Sequence record: NC_048112.1
DNA: 42,042 nt
Strand: one strand, 5' to 3'
Origin: Escherichia phage Skarpretter
Numbering within the stretch: the first letter of the stretch is position 1; each line of letters opens with the position of its first letter. The notes below the pieces were generated by a model. That model did not search any database, had not been told where the DNA came from, and saw nothing but the letters and a program-made list of their open reading frames with translations. Both the position numbers and the translations under genes were made by a program. Shown here in pieces: positions 27,153 to 35,150 of the stretch.

Positions 27153-28793
27153 TTAGTAGTTGCTCGGTACGTTGTACCCGGAGTAATCCGGCTTGATCAC
27201 CTTCTGCGGCGGCTGCATCGTCATGATCAGGCTATCCGCCATGCCCGGCGATTTGATTTTCAGCTTTGTACGCATCTGAGGCTTAGGCATGCGGGAAAAC
27301 TTGCCGTTTGCGTTGTAGATCCTCGGAATGCGGCAAAGCTCCGCACGTAGCTTGCTCATGTACTCCCCGATCCCGTCGCTGTCCAGGCTGATCAACTCGT
27401 CCGGGTTGATGTAAAGCGTTTCGCCTTTGTCCAGTGCTGCTATCACCTGGGCGGTTTTCTCAAAGCGTCGGCGTAACAGGTAAATATCTTGCGATCCACG
27501 GTTGGCGAATACGTCGCTATTGCTGCTCGCGTTCTTCCCTTCGGTTGGGTTGTTCAGCCACTTATCAAGCTCTACGGGGGCGTCCGGGAATTTCACGCCG
27601 TCGCCTGCGTTGTAGCCCTCAACCATTACCGGAGTGTTGGCGTAAGCGTCAGTAAGCTGGCGGCGCAAGCCTGCGCCCAAACCTGCCCTATCCCACATCA
27701 GCGCGTCAACGTGCGCGGCTTTGGACTCTGCGATCGCCACGTCTGCGGCGTCGTTCGCGTCACCCTCCAGCCAGGACAAACCACGAGTAACCACGGAGCC
27801 GTGCCGGACGATAAACGCTTTGTTATCCTCGCCAACGTCTGCCGGGTCGAGTGCGCCAATCTTCATGCCGGACGGCTTAAACCCGATCCGCTTGTGGGCG
27901 TCGATCGCTGCATCAAACCATTCAGCCGGGATAATCGCATCCGGCACGGAGTCATTGAAAGCGCCTTTCCAGATATGATCGAACAACGCACGGGAAAGCG
28001 TTTTAAAGTCGTATTCCATTTCAGCCCGGAGCGACGCCGGAAACCACGGGTTTTTGTCGTAGTTCACTTTGATCACGAGGTGTAGATCGTCCTCGTAGAT
28101 CCCGTCTTTGTCCAGGGCGTCCGTAAACGGCACGATGAAACGTTTACTAAATGGATCTTCACTGCTGCCGGGGTTGGCGGTGAAGATCATATAGCCCCCT
28201 TCCTCACGCATGGTTGGGGTCAGCTTGCGTAATGACTCCTCGGAAAAGGTCTGCGCCTCCTCACCCCAAAAGCGTTTAAACCCATAGGACGATTTCACGC
28301 CGTCCGGGTCGCGGGCCATACCTTTAAAGACGTGCAAGCCGCCGTTGACGTGGCGGATCTCGTCTTTCATCACTTCGAAACCGTCATACCCGGCACGCTC
28401 GATCATCTGCGAAAGTAGCGGGTGTACGGAGTATTTAATAGCGGTCTGAAACTCGCGGAGGTTCATCACCTTTACGGCGTCGTCGTTCACGTCACCGTTA
28501 AGGATCATCCCGGTTGAGTCGGATTTACCGGAGCCACGGCCCCCGATCACGATGTTAAAGCGTTTGGGGCGCGTTAAGAGCGGCTCCAGCACTTCGGGGA
28601 TCGTGACGTGGTGAGGCTTATCGGTTTCCACCCAGCGGTGGCCCTTTTTGGTGATGTTCTTTACGTGTTCCGGCAAGCCGTTTGCGCCGGGTCGGTAAAT
28701 GCCATAAACCGTGCGGGTGTAGGTGCTAATGTGTCGCGCTTTGGCCTCTGCTGTCGCCATGCGCTGCATGATCTGCTTTAGGTTACGCCCCAT
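27153..28793 (-). CDS. terL: terminase large subunit
   Basis: 546 aa; Walker A IVIGGRGSGKSDS, acidic nuclease-domain residues; directly upstream of portal. Confidence 0.85.
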   Translation of the reverse strand: MGRNLKQIMQRMATAEAKARHISTYTRTVYGIYRPGANGLPEHVKNITKKGHRWVETDKPHHVTIPEVLEPLLTRPKRFNIVIGGRGSGKSDSTGMILNGDVNDDAVKVMNLREFQTAIKYSVHPLLSQMIERAGYDGFEVMKDEIRHVNGGLHVFKGMARDPDGVKSSYGFKRFWGEEAQTFSEESLRKLTPTMREEGGYMIFTANPGSSEDPFSKRFIVPFTDALDKDGIYEDDLHLVIKVNYDKNPWFPASLRAEMEYDFKTLSRALFDHIWKGAFNDSVPDAIIPAEWFDAAIDAHKRIGFKPSGMKIGALDPADVGEDNKAFIVRHGSVVTRGLSWLEGDANDAADVAIAESKAAHVDALMWDRAGLGAGLRRQLTDAYANTPVMVEGYNAGDGVKFPDAPVELDKWLNNPTEGKNASSNSDVFANRGSQDIYLLRRRFEKTAQVIAALDKGETLYINPDELISLDSDGIGEYMSKLRAELCRIPRIYNANGKFSRMPKPQMRTKLKIKSPGMADSLIMTMQPPQKVIKPDYSGYNVPSNY

Positions 28794-29235
28794 CGAATAG
28801 CGCCCCCATTGCCTTAAAACCTTCTGTTGCTACCAGTTCAGTAAAATATGCCTGGTGCTCGTCGTTGTTGGTGTCCAGCCGCACGCCGTGGTGCTCAAAG
28901 GTCATGTTGACAATATGCACGGCCTCGTGAACAACGCGCCCGCAAAGCACGTTGGGATCGGGGTGGTGGTGGAAGCCCGCCAGGATCAGATAAAGATCAT
29001 CATCCGTGAAATATTCCGTAACCTTTGCGCCGCACGGCCCGCCCTCGGCTGGATCGTAGTCAATCCCGGCAACCTTTAACGGCTCCGGGTTGTCAATGTC
29101 ATACCACACAACGATCGTGCGGTAGGGCTGGCACGGCGTCCACTGTAACCGGGCCTTTTTCAGCCCGGCGAAAGTGTTAGCTTTGCGCTTCGTCGTCTGC
29201 ATTTGCTGCGGCTTTGTGCGCTTCGGCTTGTTCAT
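28783..29235 (-). CDS. hypothetical protein with HExxH motif (possible zinc metallopeptidase-like)
   Basis: ~150 aa from ATG at 29235; basic N-terminus, GFHHHPDPN...VVHEAVHIV...EHH; located between putative terS and terL. Confidence 0.5.
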   Translation of the reverse strand: MNKPKRTKPQQMQTTKRKANTFAGLKKARLQWTPCQPYRTIVVWYDIDNPEPLKVAGIDYDPAEGGPCGAKVTEYFTDDDLYLILAGFHHHPDPNVLCGRVVHEAVHIVNMTFEHHGVRLDTNNDEHQAYFTELVATEGFKAMGALFDGA

Positions 29236-29734
29236 CGATCCGGTTCTCCAGTTCTGCCAGGCGTTCAAGGATGCCGCTGATCTCCTGCACCTCTGCGCCT
29301 TTCTTGAAAATGTCGATCAGGGAGTGCGCCACGTCTACGGCGATCTCACCTGCTGCAACGGCTTTCATGATCGCGTCGATCCGCTCGTTCGGCGTCCAGT
29401 TCGGATCAAAGTCAAATTGCACTTGCGGCATGGTGGGGCGGGAGTACGGGATCAGGCGTGCCAAAATATCCCGGTACATGCTCGGATCGCGCATCGCCAT
29501 TTCGATCCCGCGTTGGATAAATGCGGCCTCGGTTAAGGTCTGCTCTTTGCGCTCGCCTGTCTCCGGGTCGGTGGTCTGGTATTTGACCGTTTTCAACGCC
29601 TCAAGTAACAGGGTGCGGAATTGTGGCCCGCGTGGTGCGCGTCCGGTTGGCTTGTTGTCAGGGCCAAAGGGCTTGCCTTTGCCGCGTCCTGCTTTGCCGC
29701 CCTCGATCAGCGGGTCTTTATCGTGCTGGCTCAT
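29177..29734 (-). CDS. putative terminase small subunit
   Basis: 185 aa; Gly/Lys/Pro-rich basic N-terminus, coiled-coil C-terminus; position upstream of terL; no diagnostic motif. Confidence 0.45.
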   Translation of the reverse strand: MSQHDKDPLIEGGKAGRGKGKPFGPDNKPTGRAPRGPQFRTLLLEALKTVKYQTTDPETGERKEQTLTEAAFIQRGIEMAMRDPSMYRDILARLIPYSRPTMPQVQFDFDPNWTPNERIDAIMKAVAAGEIAVDVAHSLIDIFKKGAEVQEISGILERLAELENRIDEQAEAHKAAANADDEAQS

Positions 29735-29797
29735 GGTTGATTCACTCTCTCATGATTACATGGTTAACGCGGATTATCAGCCATGAGCCGTGCAAAA

Positions 29798-30109
29798 TCA
29801 ATGGCGAGCGCCTACCGGGCCAACGGTGCCCGTGCTGAGGTCGCGGGCCAACTCCTCCGGCGTGAAGTCGCGCAACGGTGCGCCACGGTGGTTAAACGCC
29901 AGGGGATCGGCGCTCTTGGCCTTGTAGCCGTTTTTGGCCTTGCCTTTGCCGATAGCGTTACGGCTGCACACCACGCAACGCCCGCTGGCAGTATAGCGCC
30001 CCTCGTTGTGCCCCATCTCGCACCCGCGCCCGTCATTGTATCGGGGCAATCCTCTTAACCTCGCCTCGGCTTTCGTCCTGGGCATGATTGCGATCGGGTT
30101 GTCCGCCAT
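29798..30109 (-). CDS. hypothetical small protein, possible zinc ribbon
   Basis: 103 aa with GCEMGH...CVVC. Confidence 0.4.
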   Translation of the reverse strand: MADNPIAIMPRTKAEARLRGLPRYNDGRGCEMGHNEGRYTASGRCVVCSRNAIGKGKAKNGYKAKSADPLAFNHRGAPLRDFTPEELARDLSTGTVGPVGARH

Positions 30110-30211
30110 TGTCGTTTGTCTCCTCGTTGATTACTGTAAACTCGCCGTCGATCGTGATCCCGTCCTGAATGCGGGAATGCCGGGGCGTGCCCGGCTTAAT
30201 GATTGCGCCCA

Positions 30212-30751
30212 TTACTTGCGCTGCTTGCGCCGCTGGTCGTGGCGGTGCTTGTTCGGTGTAACCTGCTTGCCGTTCTCGCCTATCACCTGCCCGATCACCG
30301 TGTCGCCGTTGTAGATCTGCGCGTCTTTGTTTGGTTCGAACAACCAACGGCCTGATCCACCTTTGGAGATCGGGTCATAAACGATCTGACCAATCACGGC
30401 TGGGCTTTCGGTAATGCGTGGCCCCTTGTACGCTTTGGCGTTCTGGATCTCCTGCTCGATCGCCTGGACGTTGCAGGCCGGGAGAATGTACGGCGTTTGA
30501 TAGCCCGTTTGGTTGGCGATCCGCTGGTACGCGTCCAGCAAGTCGATCCGGCGCTCTGCGTCGCGTAAGTCGCGCTCGCTATTGGCAAGGCTGTTTGACT
30601 TGGCGAGGATCTCCGCTACGTAGATCTCATTGAGTGCGCGGGCCTCTGCTGCCTGGCGCTGCCAGTAGGCGAGGATCTCCGCCGTCAGCTTTGCCGGGTC
30701 GCTGTGCTCTGCCACGAGGCGATCGTAGCGCTCTTTGTCCGGGTTTCTCAT
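30212..30751 (-). CDS. hypothetical protein
   Basis: 179-aa ORF; ends basic HRHDQRRKQRK. Confidence 0.5.
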   Translation of the reverse strand: MRNPDKERYDRLVAEHSDPAKLTAEILAYWQRQAAEARALNEIYVAEILAKSNSLANSERDLRDAERRIDLLDAYQRIANQTGYQTPYILPACNVQAIEQEIQNAKAYKGPRITESPAVIGQIVYDPISKGGSGRWLFEPNKDAQIYNGDTVIGQVIGENGKQVTPNKHRHDQRRKQRK

Positions 30752-31053
30752 GCTTTAGCGTCCTGTTTTGCGAGGTGGTAGGAGCGGCGGGCGACTTTCT
30801 CCGCCTGCTTGCGGGTGAGGCCCATCGACATTAAGCGGACTGTGCCGCGTGCAATTAGTCGGGCTTTGCGCTCGCGCTCTGTCTCCTCGGCCTGGGCGTA
30901 CCCGGTCAGGCTGCGTTGCATGGCTGCGCGGTTGCCAGTGATCCCGGCGTCGCGTGCCATGATCTTACGGACTTCACCAGCCACGGCTGGATCGTATGGC
31001 TCGGCGGGTAAGCTGCTGCGGATCGCCGCTGCAAGTGGTGTGGTGCTGGTCAT
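30748..31053 (-). CDS. hypothetical protein
   Basis: 101-aa ORF, coupled to downstream ORF. Confidence 0.45.
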   Translation of the reverse strand: MTSTTPLAAAIRSSLPAEPYDPAVAGEVRKIMARDAGITGNRAAMQRSLTGYAQAEETERERKARLIARGTVRLMSMGLTRKQAEKVARRSYHLAKQDAKA

Positions 31054-31090
31054 GTTGTAGCCTCATGCTCAAGTGATTTCATGGTGTAGT

Positions 31091-31120
31091 GTATAACAAG
31101 GGGCCGCATTTGCAAGCCCC
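31091..31120 (-). terminator. possible terminator or stem-loop
   Basis: GGGGC-11 nt loop-GCCCC; weak U-tract. Confidence 0.3.
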
Positions 31121-31142
31121 ATCCTCCCAGCGTGCCGGGCTT

Positions 31143-32117
31143 TTATTCGCTCGGCTGGCTGTGCTCAATGTATCGGCGCTCGCTGGCGATCAGGTCGTCA
31201 GTAACCCAAATCATGCCGCGATGGTATGCGGCTGTAAACGCCTCGGATAGCTCGTAACCGTTCTCAACGGCTTTCGTGATTACGTCCAGGTCTGCGCGTC
31301 GCTGGGCTTGATTCTCGCGCACCTTTGCCATGAGTTGATAAGCGATATGGATCGGGTTTGGCCCGGTTGGTGCTGGCGGTAGCGTCACGGTGCGCACTGG
31401 CCCGCCGTCATACTCGATCGCGCTCTCGATCTCCGCCTCAACTGTGGTTGTGCCCTCGATCGGGATCTGGCGCTCGTCTGCCTGCACGCCACCAGCGCCC
31501 GCCAGCTTGCGGAGGTCTTGCGCCAGTTCAGCGCCCCATGCCTCCCACTCGTCCGGCAATCCGTTTGCGCTGCCCTCGATATGCACCGCCAGCTTATACG
31601 CTGCCTCGCGCATGTTGCTTACCTGCTCGCGCCAGGTGTCGTTGTCGGTCTGGATCTGCGTGCGGATCTCCTCAACCTCGGCGCGTAGCTCTTTGATCAC
31701 GGTGTCACGCTGCCCGCAACGAATGCGCATAGCTTCGCGGTCGTCGTTGGCCTGGTTAAGCGATTTCAGGTAGCGTTGCGCCTCGGCGTGCTCCTGGGTG
31801 ATCTGCTTGTTGGCTGATCGCAATTGGGCTTTGGTGTACTCGTGCGCTTTCTCCTCGGCCTTAATGCACGCTTGCGCGTCCTGCATACGGTCGTACACGT
31901 CGCGGCGGTCTGCTAACCAATCTTGCTTGTTGTGGAGGTTGATCAGGTTAAACACCGTGAAGCCCACAACGGAGGAAAACACCAGCGCAAAGAATACCAG
32001 CCAGCCAGCCGCGCCAGTGAGCCAGGTTAAGCCGCCCGCCAGCATACAGACCAGGCACAACACAAACGCCGCGCCACCAGCGATCGCAGACCATTTCAAG
32101 CCGTTATTATTAAACAT
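31143..32117 (-). CDS. membrane protein with N-terminal TM helices and long coiled-coil domain
   Basis: 324 aa; two hydrophobic segments then Gln/Glu/Arg-rich heptad-like region; AGGAG SD; preceded by hairpin terminator and TATAAT box. Confidence 0.6.
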   Translation of the reverse strand: MFNNNGLKWSAIAGGAAFVLCLVCMLAGGLTWLTGAAGWLVFFALVFSSVVGFTVFNLINLHNKQDWLADRRDVYDRMQDAQACIKAEEKAHEYTKAQLRSANKQITQEHAEAQRYLKSLNQANDDREAMRIRCGQRDTVIKELRAEVEEIRTQIQTDNDTWREQVSNMREAAYKLAVHIEGSANGLPDEWEAWGAELAQDLRKLAGAGGVQADERQIPIEGTTTVEAEIESAIEYDGGPVRTVTLPPAPTGPNPIHIAYQLMAKVRENQAQRRADLDVITKAVENGYELSEAFTAAYHRGMIWVTDDLIASERRYIEHSQPSE

Positions 32118-32204
32118 GTTAATTATTCTCCTGCTTATTATATCGAAAGCTGGCAGACGTAAAGCCAGCTATACACTTTAGCGTCATGCTGTACATGATC
32201 GCCG

Positions 32205-32238
32205 TACATAACAATAAACCGGGCATCAAAACCCGGTT
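32205..32238 (-). terminator. rho-independent terminator
   Basis: Minus strand AACCGGG-8 nt loop-CCCGGTT followed by TTATTGTTATG. Confidence 0.5.
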
Positions 32239-32314
32239 AGGCAAAAAGTGCTATATGTTCATCAGCAACGCGATCCACAAAAACCAAAGAAGCATTAACG
32301 TTGATCCGTCCATC

Positions 32315-32482
32315 TTAAAAGCTCCTCGTGACCAGCCACGATCCCAGCCACGACAACAAAAACGACGCCAGCGCCAGGAATGGGATCACCGTCCATTCAT
32401 TCAGCCCATACGCCGCAACCAATCCGCCAGCCACCAGGGCAACGGCAATCACTCCGGCAATAACGCAAGATTCAACACCCAT
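32315..32482 (-). CDS. small membrane protein
   Basis: ~55 aa from ATG at 32482 (AGGAGG SD); hydrophobic. Confidence 0.45.
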   Translation of the reverse strand: MGVESCVIAGVIAVALVAGGLVAAYGLNEWTVIPFLALASFLLSWLGSWLVTRSF

Positions 32483-32588
32483 CGTAAAACCTCCTGTAAC
32501 GCGCTCTAAGCGCCTCAAACGAAAAAGGCAGGCAATCACCTTACCCGCCCCCAAATTCCCGCGCATACGTGAGGACACGCGGCGACGT

Positions 32589-32774
32589 TTACGCCTCGCT
32601 CCTGTCCGTTTGCTTTTGCGCTGCTTTTCGGAAGATGTGCGACGAAATGACGCCGCCTATCACATCCACGCTTATTGCCAGCGCTGCGGCGCTCCACCAG
32701 TCGAACGAGTAGCGGATCAGTGCTGCCAGTACGACAAAGCGGATAAGCCAGTAAGGCCAAAACCGTTTGATCAT
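32589..32774 (-). CDS. small membrane protein
   Basis: ~61 aa from ATG at 32774; one TM helix, basic C-terminus. Confidence 0.45.
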   Translation of the reverse strand: MIKRFWPYWLIRFVVLAALIRYSFDWWSAAALAISVDVIGGVISSHIFRKAAQKQTDRSEA

Positions 32775-32877
32775 CGTTTCCCCCTTTTGCGTTCTGAGTC
32801 GATCAGGGCTTTGGCAAATAGCGTTAAACCAATGCCAGCCACCAGCCCCAACACGAACATAACAAACAAGCCTGCGA

Positions 32878-33093
32878 TCATAAGATACCCTCCAGATTAA
32901 GCGCCACCAGTGCGCCCCATATACCCAGCGTTGCGCCACCTCCGACAACGCACCAGACGATCATTAAGCAATTCCACAACCCGTACTTTTCGATCCAGTA
33001 GTCGCGCCACTCGGTGAAACGGTTTGTTTTCTTCTCCGGCGTTGGTGGTGTGCCACGATGATCCGGGAAATTGCCTGCGATAACGTTACTCAT
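32878..33093 (-). CDS. small membrane protein
   Basis: 71 aa, GAGGAG SD, C-terminal hydrophobic helix. Confidence 0.5.
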   Translation of the reverse strand: MSNVIAGNFPDHRGTPPTPEKKTNRFTEWRDYWIEKYGLWNCLMIVWCVVGGGATLGIWGALVALNLEGIL

Positions 33094-33401
33094 ACTTTAT
33101 TCACTCCTCAATGAATGTACAACATCGCACAAAAGTTGTTTTGTCTTTTCGTGCTGTCGGCCTTTACCGCTTCCGGCAATCGCTAACATCGCCAACGCAC
33201 AATAAGCCCGCAAGGGCGTTTGGGTGCGGTGGTGTGCGTAGCGAGTGGCGAGCGTAGCGAGTTAACACGATAGTGTTTTATATATATAAGGGCGCACTCT
33301 TGTTGTTGTGCATATTAAACCCTTGATTTATATAGCCTTTTCACCACTCCCGCACAATAATAAGTTTTGTGCGGGTTATGTTATTGAAATACAAAGAAAA
33401 A

Positions 33402-34973
33402 TCAGCGTTCAGCCAGCGGCGGCGGCGATGCGTCGTTAGCCGTCAAAATCTCCTCGCCGTCATTGTTGATAAACGAGCGGATCAGCTGCTTTTTGATCGC
33501 GTTCTCGATCGAGCGCTTGATCTGGTATGGCGTTTTCGCGGTGCGCTCCGCCATTTGGTTTGTGGTGTCCATGCGTTCATGCTGCCCGCCGCGTGCCATG
33601 AGGAAATCGATCACGTCCTGCTCGCTGTTGCTCGGCCTGGTGAGTCTCGGATCTGGCTTGTTCTTCGACTCGCCGCGCTGCGCTTTCTTCTGCTCCTCCT
33701 GCTGCGCTACCAGTTCAGCGGCTAACGTCGCCTCGTCCACCAGTTCGCACGCGTTCAGGTAGCCACCACAAAACAGCGGGTCAATCGGGTTAAGTCCTTT
33801 CAGCGGCTGCGCTGGGCGGATCGAATCCTCAAACTCTGCGAGATATTCCGCCCGGTGCGCTTCTGCTTCGTCGTCCGGGAAGATCTGCATTGTCCGTTTA
33901 GTCAGGCGCAAGAGTTGGGCGATCCCCCCACCACGGCGCTTGCCTGCTGCCATGATGATTTTATCCGGCTGGGTTTTGTCCTGCGTGAGCGAAAACGTTT
34001 TCCAAACCGCACCCTTTGCCGCGCCACCTCCGCGTGACTCCAGCACGAGATAAGGCGATCGCTCGGCCTCCTTGCTTACGTGGGGAATGAAGATCCCGCA
34101 CGCTCCCAGCGCCAGGGCAAAGCGATAACCGCAAAACGTAATGTACTGCTGATCGTCGTTGCTGTTTTCGTCCAGGGGTTTACCGTTGCGCTCGGCGCTG
34201 GATAGGTGAAAACTCTTTGAGTCATAAACAACCATGCACACCTGGCGATCCCCGGCAAAGTCTTTGATCTGGCGGATCTGGCGTAATGCGTTCTCACCCC
34301 ATACCGGGCGATCGAGTTGTACGACGCGCTCAACCTCGCGCCCGTCCGGGCCGATCTCTTTCACGGTCTTAACTTTGGTTGTGTCGGTCAGCGCTGCGGG
34401 GTGCTCGCAGATCAGGACGTGATCCAGGATGTTTTCGCCCCACTCCAGTTGCCAGGCGGAAAGGCAGTTAGTGACGGTTTCGGCGTCCTCGGTAAAAAAC
34501 ACGCTGATCCCTTTCTTCACCATGAAAGCATCCAGGAAAGGTCTACCCGTTGCCACGCACGCCGCCAGCATGGACAAGAGCGTAGTTTTGCCCACGCCTG
34601 GCCCGGCGTTGATCTCGTTGATCGTGTTCATGTTAAACAGGTATTGCACAAACGGCTTTGGGATCTTCGGTTTCGGGTTCTCAATGAATACGGAGGCGGG
34701 CTTACGCTCCGGCTTTGGCTGCTGCGGGCCTGCGTCCTCGTTGTCCGGCTCGTCCACCTGCTCGGAGTGATCGGCAAGGCGTGCTAACTCCGCGTCGCTA
34801 TAGTCGGGAGCCTGCGCCGCTAACCACTCCTCCGGCATGTCCGGCACGGTGTCGCCCAACTCTCCCCAGGTCTGCATGTCCTCGTAATCCGGCTCGAATT
34901 GCTCCGGCTCCGGGGTTGGCTCCTGCTGCTGTAAAGAGCCGTTGCCACGGTGTTTTGTGGGGTCGAATTTCAT
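33402..34973 (-). CDS. P-loop NTPase (RecA/DnaB-like Walker A), possible replicative ATPase/helicase
   Basis: 523 aa; acidic disordered N-terminus, Walker A NAGPGVGKTTL, Walker B-like VCMVVYDS; first gene of leftward operon. Confidence 0.65.
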   Translation of the reverse strand: MKFDPTKHRGNGSLQQQEPTPEPEQFEPDYEDMQTWGELGDTVPDMPEEWLAAQAPDYSDAELARLADHSEQVDEPDNEDAGPQQPKPERKPASVFIENPKPKIPKPFVQYLFNMNTINEINAGPGVGKTTLLSMLAACVATGRPFLDAFMVKKGISVFFTEDAETVTNCLSAWQLEWGENILDHVLICEHPAALTDTTKVKTVKEIGPDGREVERVVQLDRPVWGENALRQIRQIKDFAGDRQVCMVVYDSKSFHLSSAERNGKPLDENSNDDQQYITFCGYRFALALGACGIFIPHVSKEAERSPYLVLESRGGGAAKGAVWKTFSLTQDKTQPDKIIMAAGKRRGGGIAQLLRLTKRTMQIFPDDEAEAHRAEYLAEFEDSIRPAQPLKGLNPIDPLFCGGYLNACELVDEATLAAELVAQQEEQKKAQRGESKNKPDPRLTRPSNSEQDVIDFLMARGGQHERMDTTNQMAERTAKTPYQIKRSIENAIKKQLIRSFINNDGEEILTANDASPPPLAER

Positions 34974-35007
34974 CGTTTTTACTCCTGCGGGTTATCATTG
35001 CCAAATG

Positions 35008-35036
35008 AATATACGCTAACGGGATGTATTACACAA
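35008..35036 (-). promoter_or_regulatory. putative sigma70-type leftward promoter (TTGTGT-17-TATATT) for ATPase operon
   Basis: Minus strand TTGTGT, 17 nt spacer, TATATT, ~30 nt upstream of ATG at 34973; -35 overlaps a 9-bp inverted repeat. Confidence 0.45.
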
Positions 35037-35061
35037 CAAAACTTTAAAACTATTGTTGTGT
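35031..35061. repeat. perfect 9-bp inverted repeat ACACAACAA-N13-TTGTTGTGT (candidate operator)
   Basis: In divergent control region between ATPase operon and plus-strand early island; overlaps -35 of leftward promoter. Confidence 0.6.
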
Positions 35062-35074
35062 AAGTTTTGTGTGA

Positions 35075-35118
35075 ATAGCACGAATTGCTAAAACAGCTTT
35101 ATGAATACTATGTATAGT
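35075..35118 (+). promoter_or_regulatory. conserved promoter element driving plus-strand island
   Basis: ATAGCACgaatTGCTAAA, 22 nt, TATAGT, tatCTCACAccaac, 32 nt before ATG at 35151. Confidence 0.6.
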
Positions 35119-35150
35119 TATCTCACACCAACGAATTGAGGCAAAACAAA

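Noticed and set aside
30212-30751. Possible second spanin or lysis gene in the 179-aa ORF
   Set aside because: No N-terminal TM segment or lipobox; a complete S/R/Rz/Rz1 cassette exists at 38463..39833.
32118-32314. Possible additional copy of the conserved promoter element (partial palindrome atagcactttttgcc, rc of ~32232..32246)
   Set aside because: Palindrome degenerate and TATAGT not at the conserved 22-23 nt distance; the region is better explained as a hairpin terminator plus a TATAAT box for the 31143..32117 gene.
33369-33762. Plus-strand ORFs (118 and 99 aa) overlapping the 3' end of the ATPase gene
   Set aside because: Antisense to the Walker-A ATPase ORF; no SD sequence; likely frame artefacts.
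35075-35092. Sigma54 promoter interpretation of TAGCAC-N-TTGCT
   Set aside because: Lacks the GG dinucleotide of the -24 element and the G-to-G spacing is 9 rather than about 11.
35075-35118. Reading TTGCTA of the conserved element as a sigma70 -35 hexamer paired with TATAGT
   Set aside because: Spacer is 22-23 nt in every copy, outside the 16-18 nt sigma70 range; activator-site interpretation preferred.
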